Shown here piece after piece: positions 12,610 to 23,779 of a DNA stretch of 64,000 bases. Source of the stretch: Paraspadella gotoi (lineage: Eukaryota > Animalia > Chaetognatha); contig CM119268.1 of the NCBI GenBank assembly GCA_051294375.1, positions 4,082,404 through 4,146,403 on the forward strand, in the 5' to 3' direction. A program made the position numbers and the translations under genes. The notes beneath the pieces are model-generated. The model was given only the letters and a program-made list of their open reading frames with translations. It searched no databases and was not told the origin of the DNA. Every line of letters starts with the position of its first letter. Position 1 is the stretch's first letter.

Positions 12610-13142
12610 TGAGGCGACTTACTAGAACCTTCCTTTCTCCTCTCCTTCAGTCCAATTGTTCACCACAGTCACTTTGCCCTAGATTTGGCAATGACCTTAG
12701 ACCTGACTGGACATAGTTATAGGACAATGGCAAACGTAAGGTCAAGCTGGTTCGGGCATTGATTGTGGATCTGGAGAGAGCCTGTCTCACTCCTTTTTCC
12801 ACCTCTTTACAATGTCATAATATTTCTCCTTCATCTTGTTTTTTTATTTTTGGTATTTTTTCTCTTCAAAATTGGTGAACCCTGACGTGATCCAATGTAG
12901 AAGATAAAAAATACAGAAAATAAAAGACGGGATGAAGGAGAAATATTGTGATGTTGTAAAGAGATAGAAAAAGGAGTGAGACGAGCTCTCTCCAGATCCA
13001 CAAACAACTCCCGGACCAACTTGACCTATTACTCTGTCCGGTCAATGTCAAATCTAGGGCAAAGTGACCGAGGTGACGGTCTGGCCTGAAGGAGAGGAAA
13101 GAGGAAGGTTCTATGAAGAGAGACCGGTCTTAAGTCACCTAA
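12610..13142. mobile_element. Inverted pair of LTR-like repeats around a tRNA-Trp PBS
   Basis: Arm 12610-~12870 (starts TGAGGCGACTTA) is the diverged reverse complement of 12896-13142. The spacer contains TGGTGAACCCTGACGTGAT (12873-12891). ATAT on both flanks. A further fragment of the arm lies at ~16193-16245. Confidence 0.75.
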
Positions 13143-14094
13143 ATATGTGTGGTGAACGGGTCGATTCTCGGAATTGACGTCGGGACCGGAAATGGTTCAC
13201 CACGCGCATTGACGCCGCTTGACCGGAGACGTAGGCGTTGCAGATCGGCGTCGTCAGATCGGCGTCTTAAGCGCGAGTTTATAGCTTGCTTTAGAGCTTG
13301 GTAAAATGTCTTGAACAAAGCTTGTTTTGTTCTTAATTAAAAATAAGACCTTAATAAAATAATCAAAGCATATAGATATTCTATATGCATATAAAAAGGC
13401 AAAACACAAGCAATAGCAAGCAAATACTTATTTCACAATAACAAGCATTAATAGTAATCATTTGTTAAAACAGTGACTCCATGACAATAAGTTTCTTTTA
13501 TGACTGAATAAGCATAGTGAAAAGTTTCACTTAACAAAGTAAAATAGTTACCACTAGTTAGAGCTACTGAGCTATAAATGTTTCCTTTGTTCATTTGTTT
13601 TAGAATAGGTATTTAAATAGGCTACAATAATTAATAATAATCATGTTGGAATATCTGCAATTCTACATGGTACAATATATAATGGCGCTTGCTACTAATC
13701 ATCAACACATGGTGCAAAGGTGCAAGGATGGAATCTCGATCCTTCCTATTTTGATTTAGTTTAATTTGATTGTTTTAATATAAATTAGTTTGATATGGAA
13801 GAATCCTTCGTGGCCTTAATTGAGGATCAGACTCCGTCTGAGCCTGGACATCGGAAGAATCCGGGAACGAATCCCACAGTTACATCAAAAGAAAGCTCCT
13901 GAAATTGACCTTGCAACTTCTATATTTTCAATGCAGTAATATATAAAATATCTAAAAAAATATTCATTTATACTTTAAAAAGTCTATATTACTATCTAAG
14001 AAAAAAGTATATATCATTTTTAATAAAGGATTTCTATACGAAAACTTGTTTGATTTAAAAAAAATCATAATATTTCCGGATCTACATTTAATTC

Positions 14095-14820
14095 GGGAAC
14101 GAATCCCACATCCCCCCCAGACGAGTTGACGGGAGGAAATGAGGAATTAAATTGACCTTCGACCTCACGATTGGGCTCCACATCTTTTGTTTGAGAAAGT
14201 AAGTGTCGAAGGACTGCTCCATAATCGGGTCGCGTCGCTCCATTGACGTTTGTAAATGGGCGGAAACCGGATCGTAATTGGCGCCCTGGAACTTCCGGCT
14301 CCCGCAGCGGCGGCGGAGGAGAAAGAGAAGTGGTCGAATTCTCGTTTTGCTCCTCAGTGTCCTGAATAACTGGCGCCGGGATGGGTGTGGCGTCGTCAAT
14401 GTTGGAGCGCCGGAGGGATGTTGCTCTGGTGCACATTTGTATTGACGAAGGGGGCAGGCTGCGGTTCCTTGTAAACGAGTGTCGGCCTTGTCGGGGTGGC
14501 GCCGGGGAGTCGCGATCCTGCTGTTGCGCGTCGTCTTCTCTGGAGTTGTTCCAGACGTTGGCCGGTTTGATACGGGAGTTTGCAATGACTTCGACGCTTT
14601 TTCCCGGAATTTCGACTCTGAAGTTGAGGTCGTCCCGGCTGACTACTTTAAAAGGTCCTTGGTAGGGCGCCGTCAAAGTCGGATTAATTCCTCCGCATCT
14701 GATAAATAAGTGTGTTGACGTTGCCAAGTTGCTCGGGAGATGTATCTGAGGGTTGCGATGTCTACTGGTTGGCGCCGGCTGCAAGCGCTCGACCTCGAGT
14801 CGCAACTCATCTCGGAGGTG
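14095..14820 (-). mobile_element. Ty3/Gypsy 3' fragment: integrase C-terminus, PPT and start of 3' LTR
   Basis: ORF contains the GPY/F-type motif LTAPYQGPFKVV...VIANSRIKPA. It is followed by purine tract GGGGGGA immediately before TGTGGGATTCGTTCCCG. The same LTR start recurs at ~13862-13878. Confidence 0.85.
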
Positions 14821-15278
14821 CCAGATAAAATTTTTTAAATTATTATTTTTTAACTTTAGCCTAATTTTTATTCATAATTATTAATAAATATAGCTTACTA
14901 ACTTTTAATAAAGCATAAAATTGAGAAATAAATTTACCAAAATATTTTTATAGGTCTTTATTTTTATATTTCAAAAGCTCATGTAAATTTAAAAAAAAAT
15001 AATAATTTGATTTATCATAACTTATAATGCTTGCCCTATTTTATTAACATTTTATATATATTTAAAATTGTTATTTCCGACAAGAAAGATGAAATTATAA
15101 AAAAAGGTCATCACCATCGAATTCTTCAGACCTTATTACAGTAAAATAATTATGAATGGAATTTAATATCTTATATTTTGTTATATTTGAACGCTCTAGT
15201 GTACAACACAAAAGGTCGGCCCTCTAGCCATGGGTGAAAATGTCTAACGGCCCTGAAGGCACTGTCAAAAGGTGGCCA

Positions 15279-15870
15279 TTATCGCTGGGTGTTGCTCAGC
15301 TTGGCAGAGAAAAATGCAAGTGGTTCCCATCCAAGAGTTCCTCGCTGCTCCAGCACCGCTCCTACGGCGTGGTCCGATGCATCCGTAGTAAGTGTAAGGG
15401 CGGCGCCGGTTTTGGGATGGCGTAAAAGAACGGTTTTCACCAGCGCCTCCTTGACTGCTTCAAATCCTTGTTGGCAGCTGTCGGTCCACTCCAGGCGCCG
15501 TGGCTTCCCTTTGAGGGCGTCATACAGGGGGGTGGCGTGGTGGGCGACCCTCCGTATGAATCGTCGATAGTAGTTGATCATACCAAGGAAACGCTGGAGT
15601 TCCTTCACTGTTGTCGGTGCTGCTGTCTCTCTGAATGCGTCAACTCGCTGCGGAAGAGGTTTGACGCCGCTGGCGTCCACTTGATAGCCGAGAAACTCCT
15701 GCAAAGCTTGCCCAAGGACGCACTTCTTCCGGTTGACCAGGAAGCCGTTTTCTTGGAGTGACTCGAAAACTTGTTCCAGGTCCTCTAGGTGCTGGGCTTC
15801 GTCCTCGCTTGTGACTAGTATGTCGTCTAGATATACGTAGACCCATGGTAAGCTGCCCAGGACTTCATCG
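15279..15870 (-). mobile_element. Ty3/Gypsy pol fragment (RT C-terminal half, start of RNase H)
   Basis: Motifs YVYLDDILV, KKCVLGQ..EFLGY, LQRFLGMINYYRRFI and LTTDASDHAVGAVLEQ...PLAFFS. Truncated at both ends. Confidence 0.95.
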
Positions 15871-16121
15871 ATCACGTCGGGCTCACCAGTGTGGATAAGG
15901 CGCTAAGTGGGCTGAAGATGACTATCGGTAACTTCTATAACCCCCTTTAGTAGCCATGGAACGGGTCCTGGGTTTGGAGCCAGGCTTGAGGGTTTGCCAC
16001 GCCCTCAAGGCGGCTTACGGCCGTCCTCACACTTCCCGCAGGGTAGGTACTGGGTTGGGATTGAACCCGGTACCTAGTGGTCATGAGCTGATGGCTTTAC
16101 TCAATGAGCCACCGGGTCACA
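15871..16121 (-). mobile_element. 232-bp LTR (TGTG...CACA) with tRNA-Met-like head, followed by an 18-nt tRNA-Trp PBS
   Basis: Minus strand TGTGACCCGGTGGCTCATTGAGTAAAGCCATCAGCTCATGACCACTAGGTACCGGGTTCAATCCC...TTATCCACA (16121-15890), a 1-nt spacer, then TGGTGAGCCCGACGTGAT (15888-15871). Confidence 0.75.
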
Positions 16122-16583
16122 ACTGAAAGTGTCATGCTTATTGGCGGGGGGAACCTAGGCAATGCCCGACTACATATGTATCAATACAAATTGAGACCCG
16201 TCTCTCTTACAAGAACCTTCCTTTCTCCTCTCCTTCGGGCCAGTTGGGCACATTCTATGTAAAAGAACTACAAAGCTGGAACATGAGATAAGTTTTTCTT
16301 GCACCGGATTATTGATGGAAAAACTTAAAGTTACTCTTTCAGTATCAGTTTCTCAGCCTATCGAAATGGCTCAGTGGCTTAAAAATCTTTTACAATCATT
16401 ACTTTGCATTCTATTTGGTTGCTTGTGGGAGCCACTGAGGATACAAAACCCCTAAAGTTTGTTGGATTTATAAAAATGCTCCAGATGCTCCAAGCCTCAA
16501 GCAATGACGGTGTTCCCTGCTATTTCCTAATAATACATATATAAACCATGACTTTACATTTCCCAACTCGGGTTAAAACTCAC

Positions 16584-17062
16584 AATGGATCTGCCATGCA
16601 CTGCTCATGCGTGCCACTAGTCAAGGAAACTACACTCGCTGCGGCTTGAACAATTAATTGGGGAAATGACTCCAGCAGAATGTGAAGCTGCTCCAATGAT
16701 CCCAGGCTGAGTAACTTGGTTGGCAATGACGCTGCCAATTCAGCACGCCGTGTGTCCAGATAATGATCGATCATAAAGATCGAATTACCCAAACCAAAAA
16801 AAGTGACAGTTATGGTTGCCATCTTCCGCCAGGCGCCATTCCATATGCGTGTATACATCGGCGCTTCTTTCATAAGGTGGCGCCAGACCCAAATGCCAGA
16901 AATAATACTGTGCGTTATCAGAATGCCGCTCATTATGACACCAAGATATTGCTCGACATAAAAAGGTTTATTTAAAAATGTTATCGTTGTCTGAATGTCA
17001 GTAAAAACGTCGGCGACATTGAGCGAGACCAAGAAGATCAAGAATATCGGAGAGGCATCCAT
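16584..17062 (-). CDS. First coding exon of XK-related (XKR family) membrane protein
   Basis: ATG at 17062 (MDASPIFLIFLVSLNVADVFTD...). XK hallmarks D-V-x-T-D in TM1 and LLESFPQLIVQ. Donor CCATT|GTGAGT at 16584/16583, phase 2. Confidence 0.88.
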
Positions 17063-17142
17063 TTTTTTTAATCTGCGGACACTCTTCAAACTTAAATTGC
17101 GCACATTCTACGCACAGTACAATAACTACAATAATGATCTGC

Positions 17143-17772
17143 AAGGTGACACACGACAGCCCGCCACTAAAAAAAATTATCATTTGCAAACTTGTGAAGA
17201 TTTTTTTAATCTGAACGATTTTTTCTGTAGTACGATCCTAAATCATTTATATATCCAAATTTTATATTGATTTGTTTTGATTTGACTTGGCAATGAGAGG
17301 AGAAAAGTTGCCTTCAAAATCGTGTTTCATTTTAAAACTCCATTTTTTTCTTCAATCTGTTTGTCTAACTTTTTAAACATTAAAAAAAATTGTATAAAAA
17401 GGTATCAATATTAATATCTTTTGAAAGAATTGCAAAAATATTTTTACTATTCTGTCAAAACACTGATGAAGACTCGAACAAGAGTCAAAACATGTCTATT
17501 TCTACTAATTAAAAATTGTTGTAGTACAACTTCAAACTTTGTTTTCGCTAAAGACAAAAAGATTGAAAAAAAGATTTGTTTTAAAATGAAAAACAATTTT
17601 TAAAGCAACTTTTTACGGTCATTGATAAGTCAAATCATAACCTTCAATAAGAAATTTTGATATATAAATGATTTAGGTTTTTATTACAGAAAAAATCTTT
17701 CAGATTAAAAAAATCTTCAAAAGTTTGCAAATGACGATTTTTTGTTAGCGGCGGGCTGTCATGTGTCACCTT
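17143..17772. mobile_element. Fold-back MITE ~80 bp upstream of the XKR start codon
   Basis: Termini AAGGTGACACACGACAGCCCGCC / GGCGGGCTGTCATGTGTCACCTT, with inverted similarity continuing for more than 200 bp. Confidence 0.85.
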
Positions 17773-18399
17773 CTTTCTTACAATTGAAACATTCTTTAAA
17801 ATATTATACCACTTCATAGAGAAGGAAGCCATCAGGTACTTAGGGAGTGAATAAACAAGACTGTTAGAGAGCTTTCAGGGACCTCTTATGTCATTATCTT
17901 GTAAGAGTGATGGAGGCCTTAAACCACCAAATCCTGTCCAAAGTCAGGGGAAAGATTGCTTATTTATTAAATGAATGGATAATTTTTATATTGGTTGTAC
18001 ATATTATAAAAAATTATGAATGATAAATATAGATTTTGAAATCGGAAATCCACAATGGTCAGAAAGAAAATGGAGAAGAAACTTATTTTTGAAGATCTGC
18101 AAAAAACCGAGGATACTTCTTTGCCTTAATTTATGGGCATTGTAATTATATTTTTTTAAAACAAGAATGGTAATTTAAATGCGTTGCGCCGCAGTGTCTG
18201 CCTTATCAGGTGTATTTCTTGTGACTTAACATGAAACAATGTGACATGACTACAATAACTTTCTTAGCCCGTATATTTCTGACATGCGCTGCATCAAAAT
18301 TTTGTTTTTCATTCTTTAGTTTCCTGAAGGCGGCGCGAACAATCCCTTAGATTTGATGTTTTATTCTGTCTTTAGCAACCTACCATATGCAAGTTATGA

Positions 18400-18527
18400 G
18401 CATTTTTAATGTAAGTGGGACAGAACAACGGACAGACATACCGACCAATGGACCAACAGATCGACCGACCAACCAAAAAGTGACTCATAGAGTTGCTCCA
18501 CGATTACTCGTGGCGCAACTAAAAATA
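18400..18527 (-). mobile_element. HINE/DINE-1-like (Helentron-associated) element end; related pieces at ~11865-11922, 30343-30420, 54980-55065
   Basis: GAC(A/C/G) tetranucleotide-like tract followed by a short hairpin and a (cg)actaaaaa terminus, recurring at several sites. Confidence 0.4.
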
Positions 18528-19818
18528 TGACTAGGTAATAAGGACTTTTGGGTGTCCTTATTTTTTTGCACAAGTCTGTTGATGATGCGCATAAATTGGT
18601 ACGTAATTCGGCCCGGTTAATAAGAAGAAAAAAGTGATTTTTGATTAATTCTGAGTTTGGAACTTAATCATTGACGCGCCTAAACTTATTTCCTAAATTA
18701 GCAACAAAATCATTAGACAGTAGAAATCCCCGAGTTATATCATGTTATATCATGACACTTTCGGGTCGGTGAAACAAAATTGTTACTACGTCGATCTGTC
18801 TGTGAGTCTGTGAGGATATATCATTTTAGCTTTATGCAAAATAGTATTAAATATTTTTTAACATTGAATACGAATTGCATTTGATTATAGCTTTTTAGTA
18901 ATTTAATCTAAATTTATTCTATTATTAATTTTTAAAAAAATTTAAAAATATTTACCAACTAGGATTTTTCACTATGTTTAATAATTTACTTACAAGTTAT
19001 AACTACTTTCCTAATTAATTTTTCTTCGCCATTAGCAAATTATCAACATGGATTCTGGCCTCACTTTTCAGCTCTCTCTCGTTGCGTCAATTCTAAGGAA
19101 ATTATACCAAACTAATAAGTACTAAAAAATTTTACATCCAAAAGTCTGCAATCTACATATATATATTTGATCAAAGTAATACTTTTAAAACGTTTAATTA
19201 CAAAATATGAAATTAATTTAATGAAGCTGGTGTTGAGAGAAATTTTATATAATTCATTTTATCAATTTCTTTGACTTGATTGATCTCACCGACTTGATTT
19301 ATTGAATAAATTTTATTGATTTAATTGACTGACAAATGATTTTATGACATAACATAAACGGGCTACATTTCCATTTTGGAATTTTAATCTATTATTATAC
19401 ATAGATATAGCTTACTGGTGCCCAGTATTGTATAAAAAAAAGATTTACCAATAATTTTTATGAGTTTTTACTTTAGGGATCGAAATATGTTCAACAGAAA
19501 ACCAGAGGTAAGATGAGAATTTGTTACGTGATAAAGGGAGACGGAGTGAACGAGTGTCGAAGCATCGAACTCAACGATGAAGCCAGTATAAGCCTTGGAT
19601 CTAAGAGGTCCTAGGGGTAGCGGAGAAGACAAAGGAAAGAAATCTGGCAAAGAGAAAAAAAAAGGGAGGAAGGAAGGAAGGAAAAGGAAAGGAAGGAAAA
19701 CAGGAAAAGAGAAAAAGCAAGGGATGAGTCTTGGAGGATGGGATTTAAGCCCTCCCGGATGTTGAGGTCTTTCGAGGTCAGTCGATTCTTCGGATCGAAC
19801 GAGTTTCACGAGCGGAGG

Positions 19819-20270
19819 AGGAAACAGAGTGGAAAAGACAAAGAAATAAAAAAAAGGAAATATGGAGGAAAATGGAGGAAAGAAAAGGGGGAAAAGAGGA
19901 AACAGAATGGAAGAGACAAAGAAATAAAAAAAAGAAATATGGAGGAAAAGGGAGAAAAGGGAAGAGTGAAAAGAGGAAACAGAGTGGAGAAGACAAAGGA
20001 ATAAAAAAAAAGAAATATGGAGGAAAATGGAGGAAATAAAAGGGGGAAAAGAGGAAACAGAGTGGAGAAGTCAAAGGAATAAAAAAAAGGAAATATGGAG
20101 GAAAATGGAGGAAAGAAAAGGGGGAAAAGAGGAAACAGAATGGAAGAGACAAAGAAATAAAAAAAAGAAATATGGAGGAAAAGGGAGAAAAGGGAAGAGT
20201 GAAAAGAGGAAACAGAGTGGAGAAGACAAAGGAATAAAAAAAAAGGAAAGATGGTGGAAAAGGGAGAAAA
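19819..20270 (+). repeat. Purine-rich ~78-bp minisatellite (about 6 units)
   Basis: Units begin AGGAAACAGA(G/A)TGG at ~19819, 19897, 19974, 20052, 20130 and 20207. Confidence 0.85.
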
Positions 20271-20305
20271 ATTAGAGGAGAGGATAAGAAAAAGGGGAAG
20301 GATGA

Positions 20306-20576
20306 TAAATTATTTCTTTTTAAATTTTTAACATTTTTCTTTTTCTCTTATAGTACGTACAACTTGTTTTTTCTCATTTTCCCCTTTTTTTAACTTTCCT
20401 CCAATTTTTCTTATTTATAATTCAATTGTCTTTTCCAAAAGTAGTGGAAAAGATAATTGAAAATTATATAAGAAAGAGTGTAGGAAAGTTAAAAAAAGGG
20501 GAAAATGAGAAAAAACAAGCTGTACGTACAATAAGAGAAATAGAAAAATGTTAAAAATTTAAAAAGAAATAATTTA
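20306..20576. repeat. Near-perfect inverted repeat, ~130-bp arms, loop under 10 nt (second copy ~33207-33477)
   Basis: aaattatttctttttaaatttttaacatttttct...ttttcca / tggaaaa...agaaaaatgttaaaaatttaaaaagaaataattt. Confidence 0.9.
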
Positions 20577-23080
20577 AAAAGTGAAAAAAATAGGGAAACG
20601 AAAATATAAACAAATGCTAATGCATTTTAAATACGGAAAAAAGAAGTAAAATATATAAAAAAAATATAAAGAAACAAAGAACATAAAAAATAAATAACTA
20701 AGAACCATGTCAAATTAAAAATCCCACTGATTCTTAATTACCTTTCATTTTTCACGTTTCCGAGTCGTCGCTCAAACTTATAATATTATTCTTTTCTTTG
20801 GCTAATTATCTTTTTTTCGTTTTTCCTATTTAAGCGTCGGATCTCCCATCGGCATAGGACGGGGCGTCAGAGCGAGGAAAAAGAAAAGAAAAGAAAACAA
20901 GAAAAGATCGAAAAGGGAGGAAAAAGAAAGAAAATAAAGGGAAAAAAAGGAAGAAAGAAAAAAAAAGAAAATAAAAAAGGAAGGTAAATGAAAAATGAAA
21001 AAAAGAAAAAAATAAGTAAAGAAAGAAATTAATAAATAAAAAAGAAAAGAGGAAAAAAAAAAGAAAGAAAGATTAGAAAGAAAAGAAATAAAAAAAAACC
21101 AAATGAAGAAGGAAAAGAAAAAAAAAGAAAATGTGACGAAAGAAAGAAGAAAAATAAGAAAATAATGATAAAAAAAATAAAGAAAGCAAGCGGAAAATTA
21201 AAATAAAGAGAGAGAAAGAGAAAAACGTCTTTTAACAAGTGTGAAGAGACAGAAAAAAAAAAAAGAAACCGAAAAGAAAGAAAAAAAAAGGAAAGAGAAA
21301 GGTTGTGATGGAATCGCGAACTGGGGACGAAAATGAGAATGAAAATGAAGATTAAAATGATGATGAGCGGAAAAAAAATGAAATGAGGAAAAAAAAAAAG
21401 ATCAGAGATGCAGAAAAATTCAGGCGCAGGCCTGGGATTGATGGCGGGAAACGAGACTCCTTTCCTTTTCTATTTTTAAATTTTATTTTATGAAACAAGG
21501 GGTTTTTGAAAAACGTGAGGGGAGTAAGGGGTTTTTTTTTGAAAGTAGGGGAAAGTGTTTTTCATTTTTATGATTTCAACAAGGTGAGGCTATGTTTTTA
21601 TGCTCATTGGGGGTCGAGAAAGACGATTAAAATTGAGAAAGAATTGCGCGAAGTGTAGTTAGAGATTAAAAGATTTGAAATGAACATGAGAAAAAAAGAA
21701 AAACAAAGAGAGAGAGAGAGAGACGGAGAGATAGAAGAGAAGACGAGAGATGAATGATGAGAGTAGAGATGAGAGAAGTGTCAAATGGCCTTTATGATAT
21801 GGCAAGAGATAAGATGATGTTTGATTGGGTGACACTAATCGGCAGGCTTAGGAAAGGAGTAAGTAAATGAGGAGAAAAAATGTGGCAAAGGTCAGGAGCG
21901 TGAGAACGAGTGAGTGGCGTGAGTAGCGTGAGTGGCGTGATCGATCACGGGAAAATACGCAATTAATAAAGTCTATATGTGATCAGATTAGAGAGAGAAA
22001 ATAAAGAAACCGTGGCGCGTGGTTAGTTCTAAGGCGCGTGGTAAGTTCTAAGGTGCGAAAGGTCAGTCGGCCTCAGCGGGAGAGAGAGAGAAACTACCTC
22101 GGGTCGATAGGTGAAGAGATGAGACGGAAAAAGGAAAAGCCGCTTCAGTCGAACGGAAAGGGTAAGTGAGATCGCGGGTGAGCAAGTTTATCGGGGTAAG
22201 TCTCGCTTCGTTTGTCGCTCGACGTTATAGGGCCTGACGAGGCGATCAGGCGTTAACAGGCGATGACTGAACAATCAGTGGCCAGAGAGAAAAAGGAGAA
22301 AATGTGATACGACGTCGAGAAAATCTGTAGCCGACAGGCGTTGATCTGACAAAATTAGAAGGTGACAGGCATCCCCCTGACCAAATGATAAGCCGTGATA
22401 AAGCATGACAGCTGACAGGCGCGGCCCCGACAAAATTCATAGCTGACATTCGTTGCCCCAACAAAATGAGGTTTCGTTCCGACAAAATAGGTAGCCAACA
22501 GGCCCTGACAAATAGGTAGCCAACAGGCCCTGACAAAGTTCATAGCGGATGTAATCAGTCGCCAACAACTGAACCGAGAAGAATTTAATATTCAAAAAAT
22601 AGTTGTAAGCTGACCTCACTAATTAATCAAAAATAAATGGCAGATTTTTCTGTCATCTTTTTAAATAAATCACTCGATTCTTTTTTAAATGAAAAATAAA
22701 AGTTTTCCCAACGTCTCTCTCTCTCTCTCTTTCTCTTTCTCTCTCTCTCTCTCTTTTTTCGGTGACCGTCTCCATCTCCATCTCGCACGCGCGTTGAAAT
22801 TTCTTATTCACTCGAAATGATGGATGGCTTTGTCCGCTTTTTTTATCAAAGAGGGATGTAAATAGGAAAGAGTCAAGCCACCCGGATGAAATAGAGAATC
22901 GAAGGAGACCTTATCCCTCCATATCCAGGCGTAGTCTGTCCAGTATACTGAATACATTCAAAAAGCGGAGTCAGGATTGTTCAAAACTTATTAATTGAAC
23001 GAATCGATATTTGTACCCATTTATCGTTTGAATGTTGTCAAAAACGGAATTGATCAAGAATATGTGTACGAACAATTACA

Positions 23081-23377
23081 AGGGCTCTCTTTTCCTACAG
23101 TGCCCCAAATGTAAAAATATATTTATATTTACAACACAATCCCTAGACCTATCCCTAACCATAATCCTTACAACTAACCTACTCCTGGAATATTGAACCC
23201 TAACATCTAACCTTAATACCTAATCACTAACCCAAATACCTAACCCTAATCATTAACCAAATCCGTAATCTTAATCACTAATCTAATCATTAACCTCAAA
23301 CCTAATTTATAATTTAAAAAAAATTAATCTAAATCCGAATTTGAAATAAAATGGGCGTTCTGGTAAAATAATGCCAA
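23081..23377 (+). mobile_element. Dispersed element with short inverted termini and a degenerate telomere-like (TAACCY)n core; copies ~35943-36243, 47309-47573, 55271-55760
   Basis: Left end GCTC(TC)TTTTCC..A.TGCC(C)A and right end CCGAATTT...GGCGTTCTGG.AAAA are shared by all copies, with taaccc/taacct/taatct repeats between them. Confidence 0.7.
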
Positions 23378-23707
23378 AAATGGAACGAAAATCTGTTCGA
23401 ATTTAGTCTAATGTAGTAAATCAAGTTATTTTTGCAATTTTCATACTCAACATATATAAGTATTGAGAAAAAAAAAAAGAAAAATAACACAAAATCCCGG
23501 ATGTAATAGAAAAGAAGTAGAAACCCGGATGTAATTGAATCAAGAAAGACAAAAACAACGGGGAAAACGAATTAGCTTTTTTTTTTCCTTTTCCTCTTTT
23601 AGCGATAATATCTCTAAAAGAGGGAAAAAAAGAGGAAAGAGAAAAAAAATGCTCGAGGGTGAAAAACGTAGTAATGGAGTGGAAACCACAGAAAGAGAGA
23701 CGTAGAT

Positions 23708-23779
<72 letters not shown>

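Noticed and set aside
13149-13204. GTGGTGAAC...GTTCACCAC 9-bp inverted repeat as a tRNA or mini-element
   Set aside because: No cloverleaf or B-box and no second copy in the window, so it is too short to support.
14088-15846. Overlapping alternative-frame ORFs over the Gypsy fragments
   Set aside because: Shadow ORFs of GC-rich pol sequence.
19819-20270. Regularly spaced repeats as a CRISPR array
   Set aside because: No unique spacers, no cas genes, and a eukaryotic context. It is a minisatellite.
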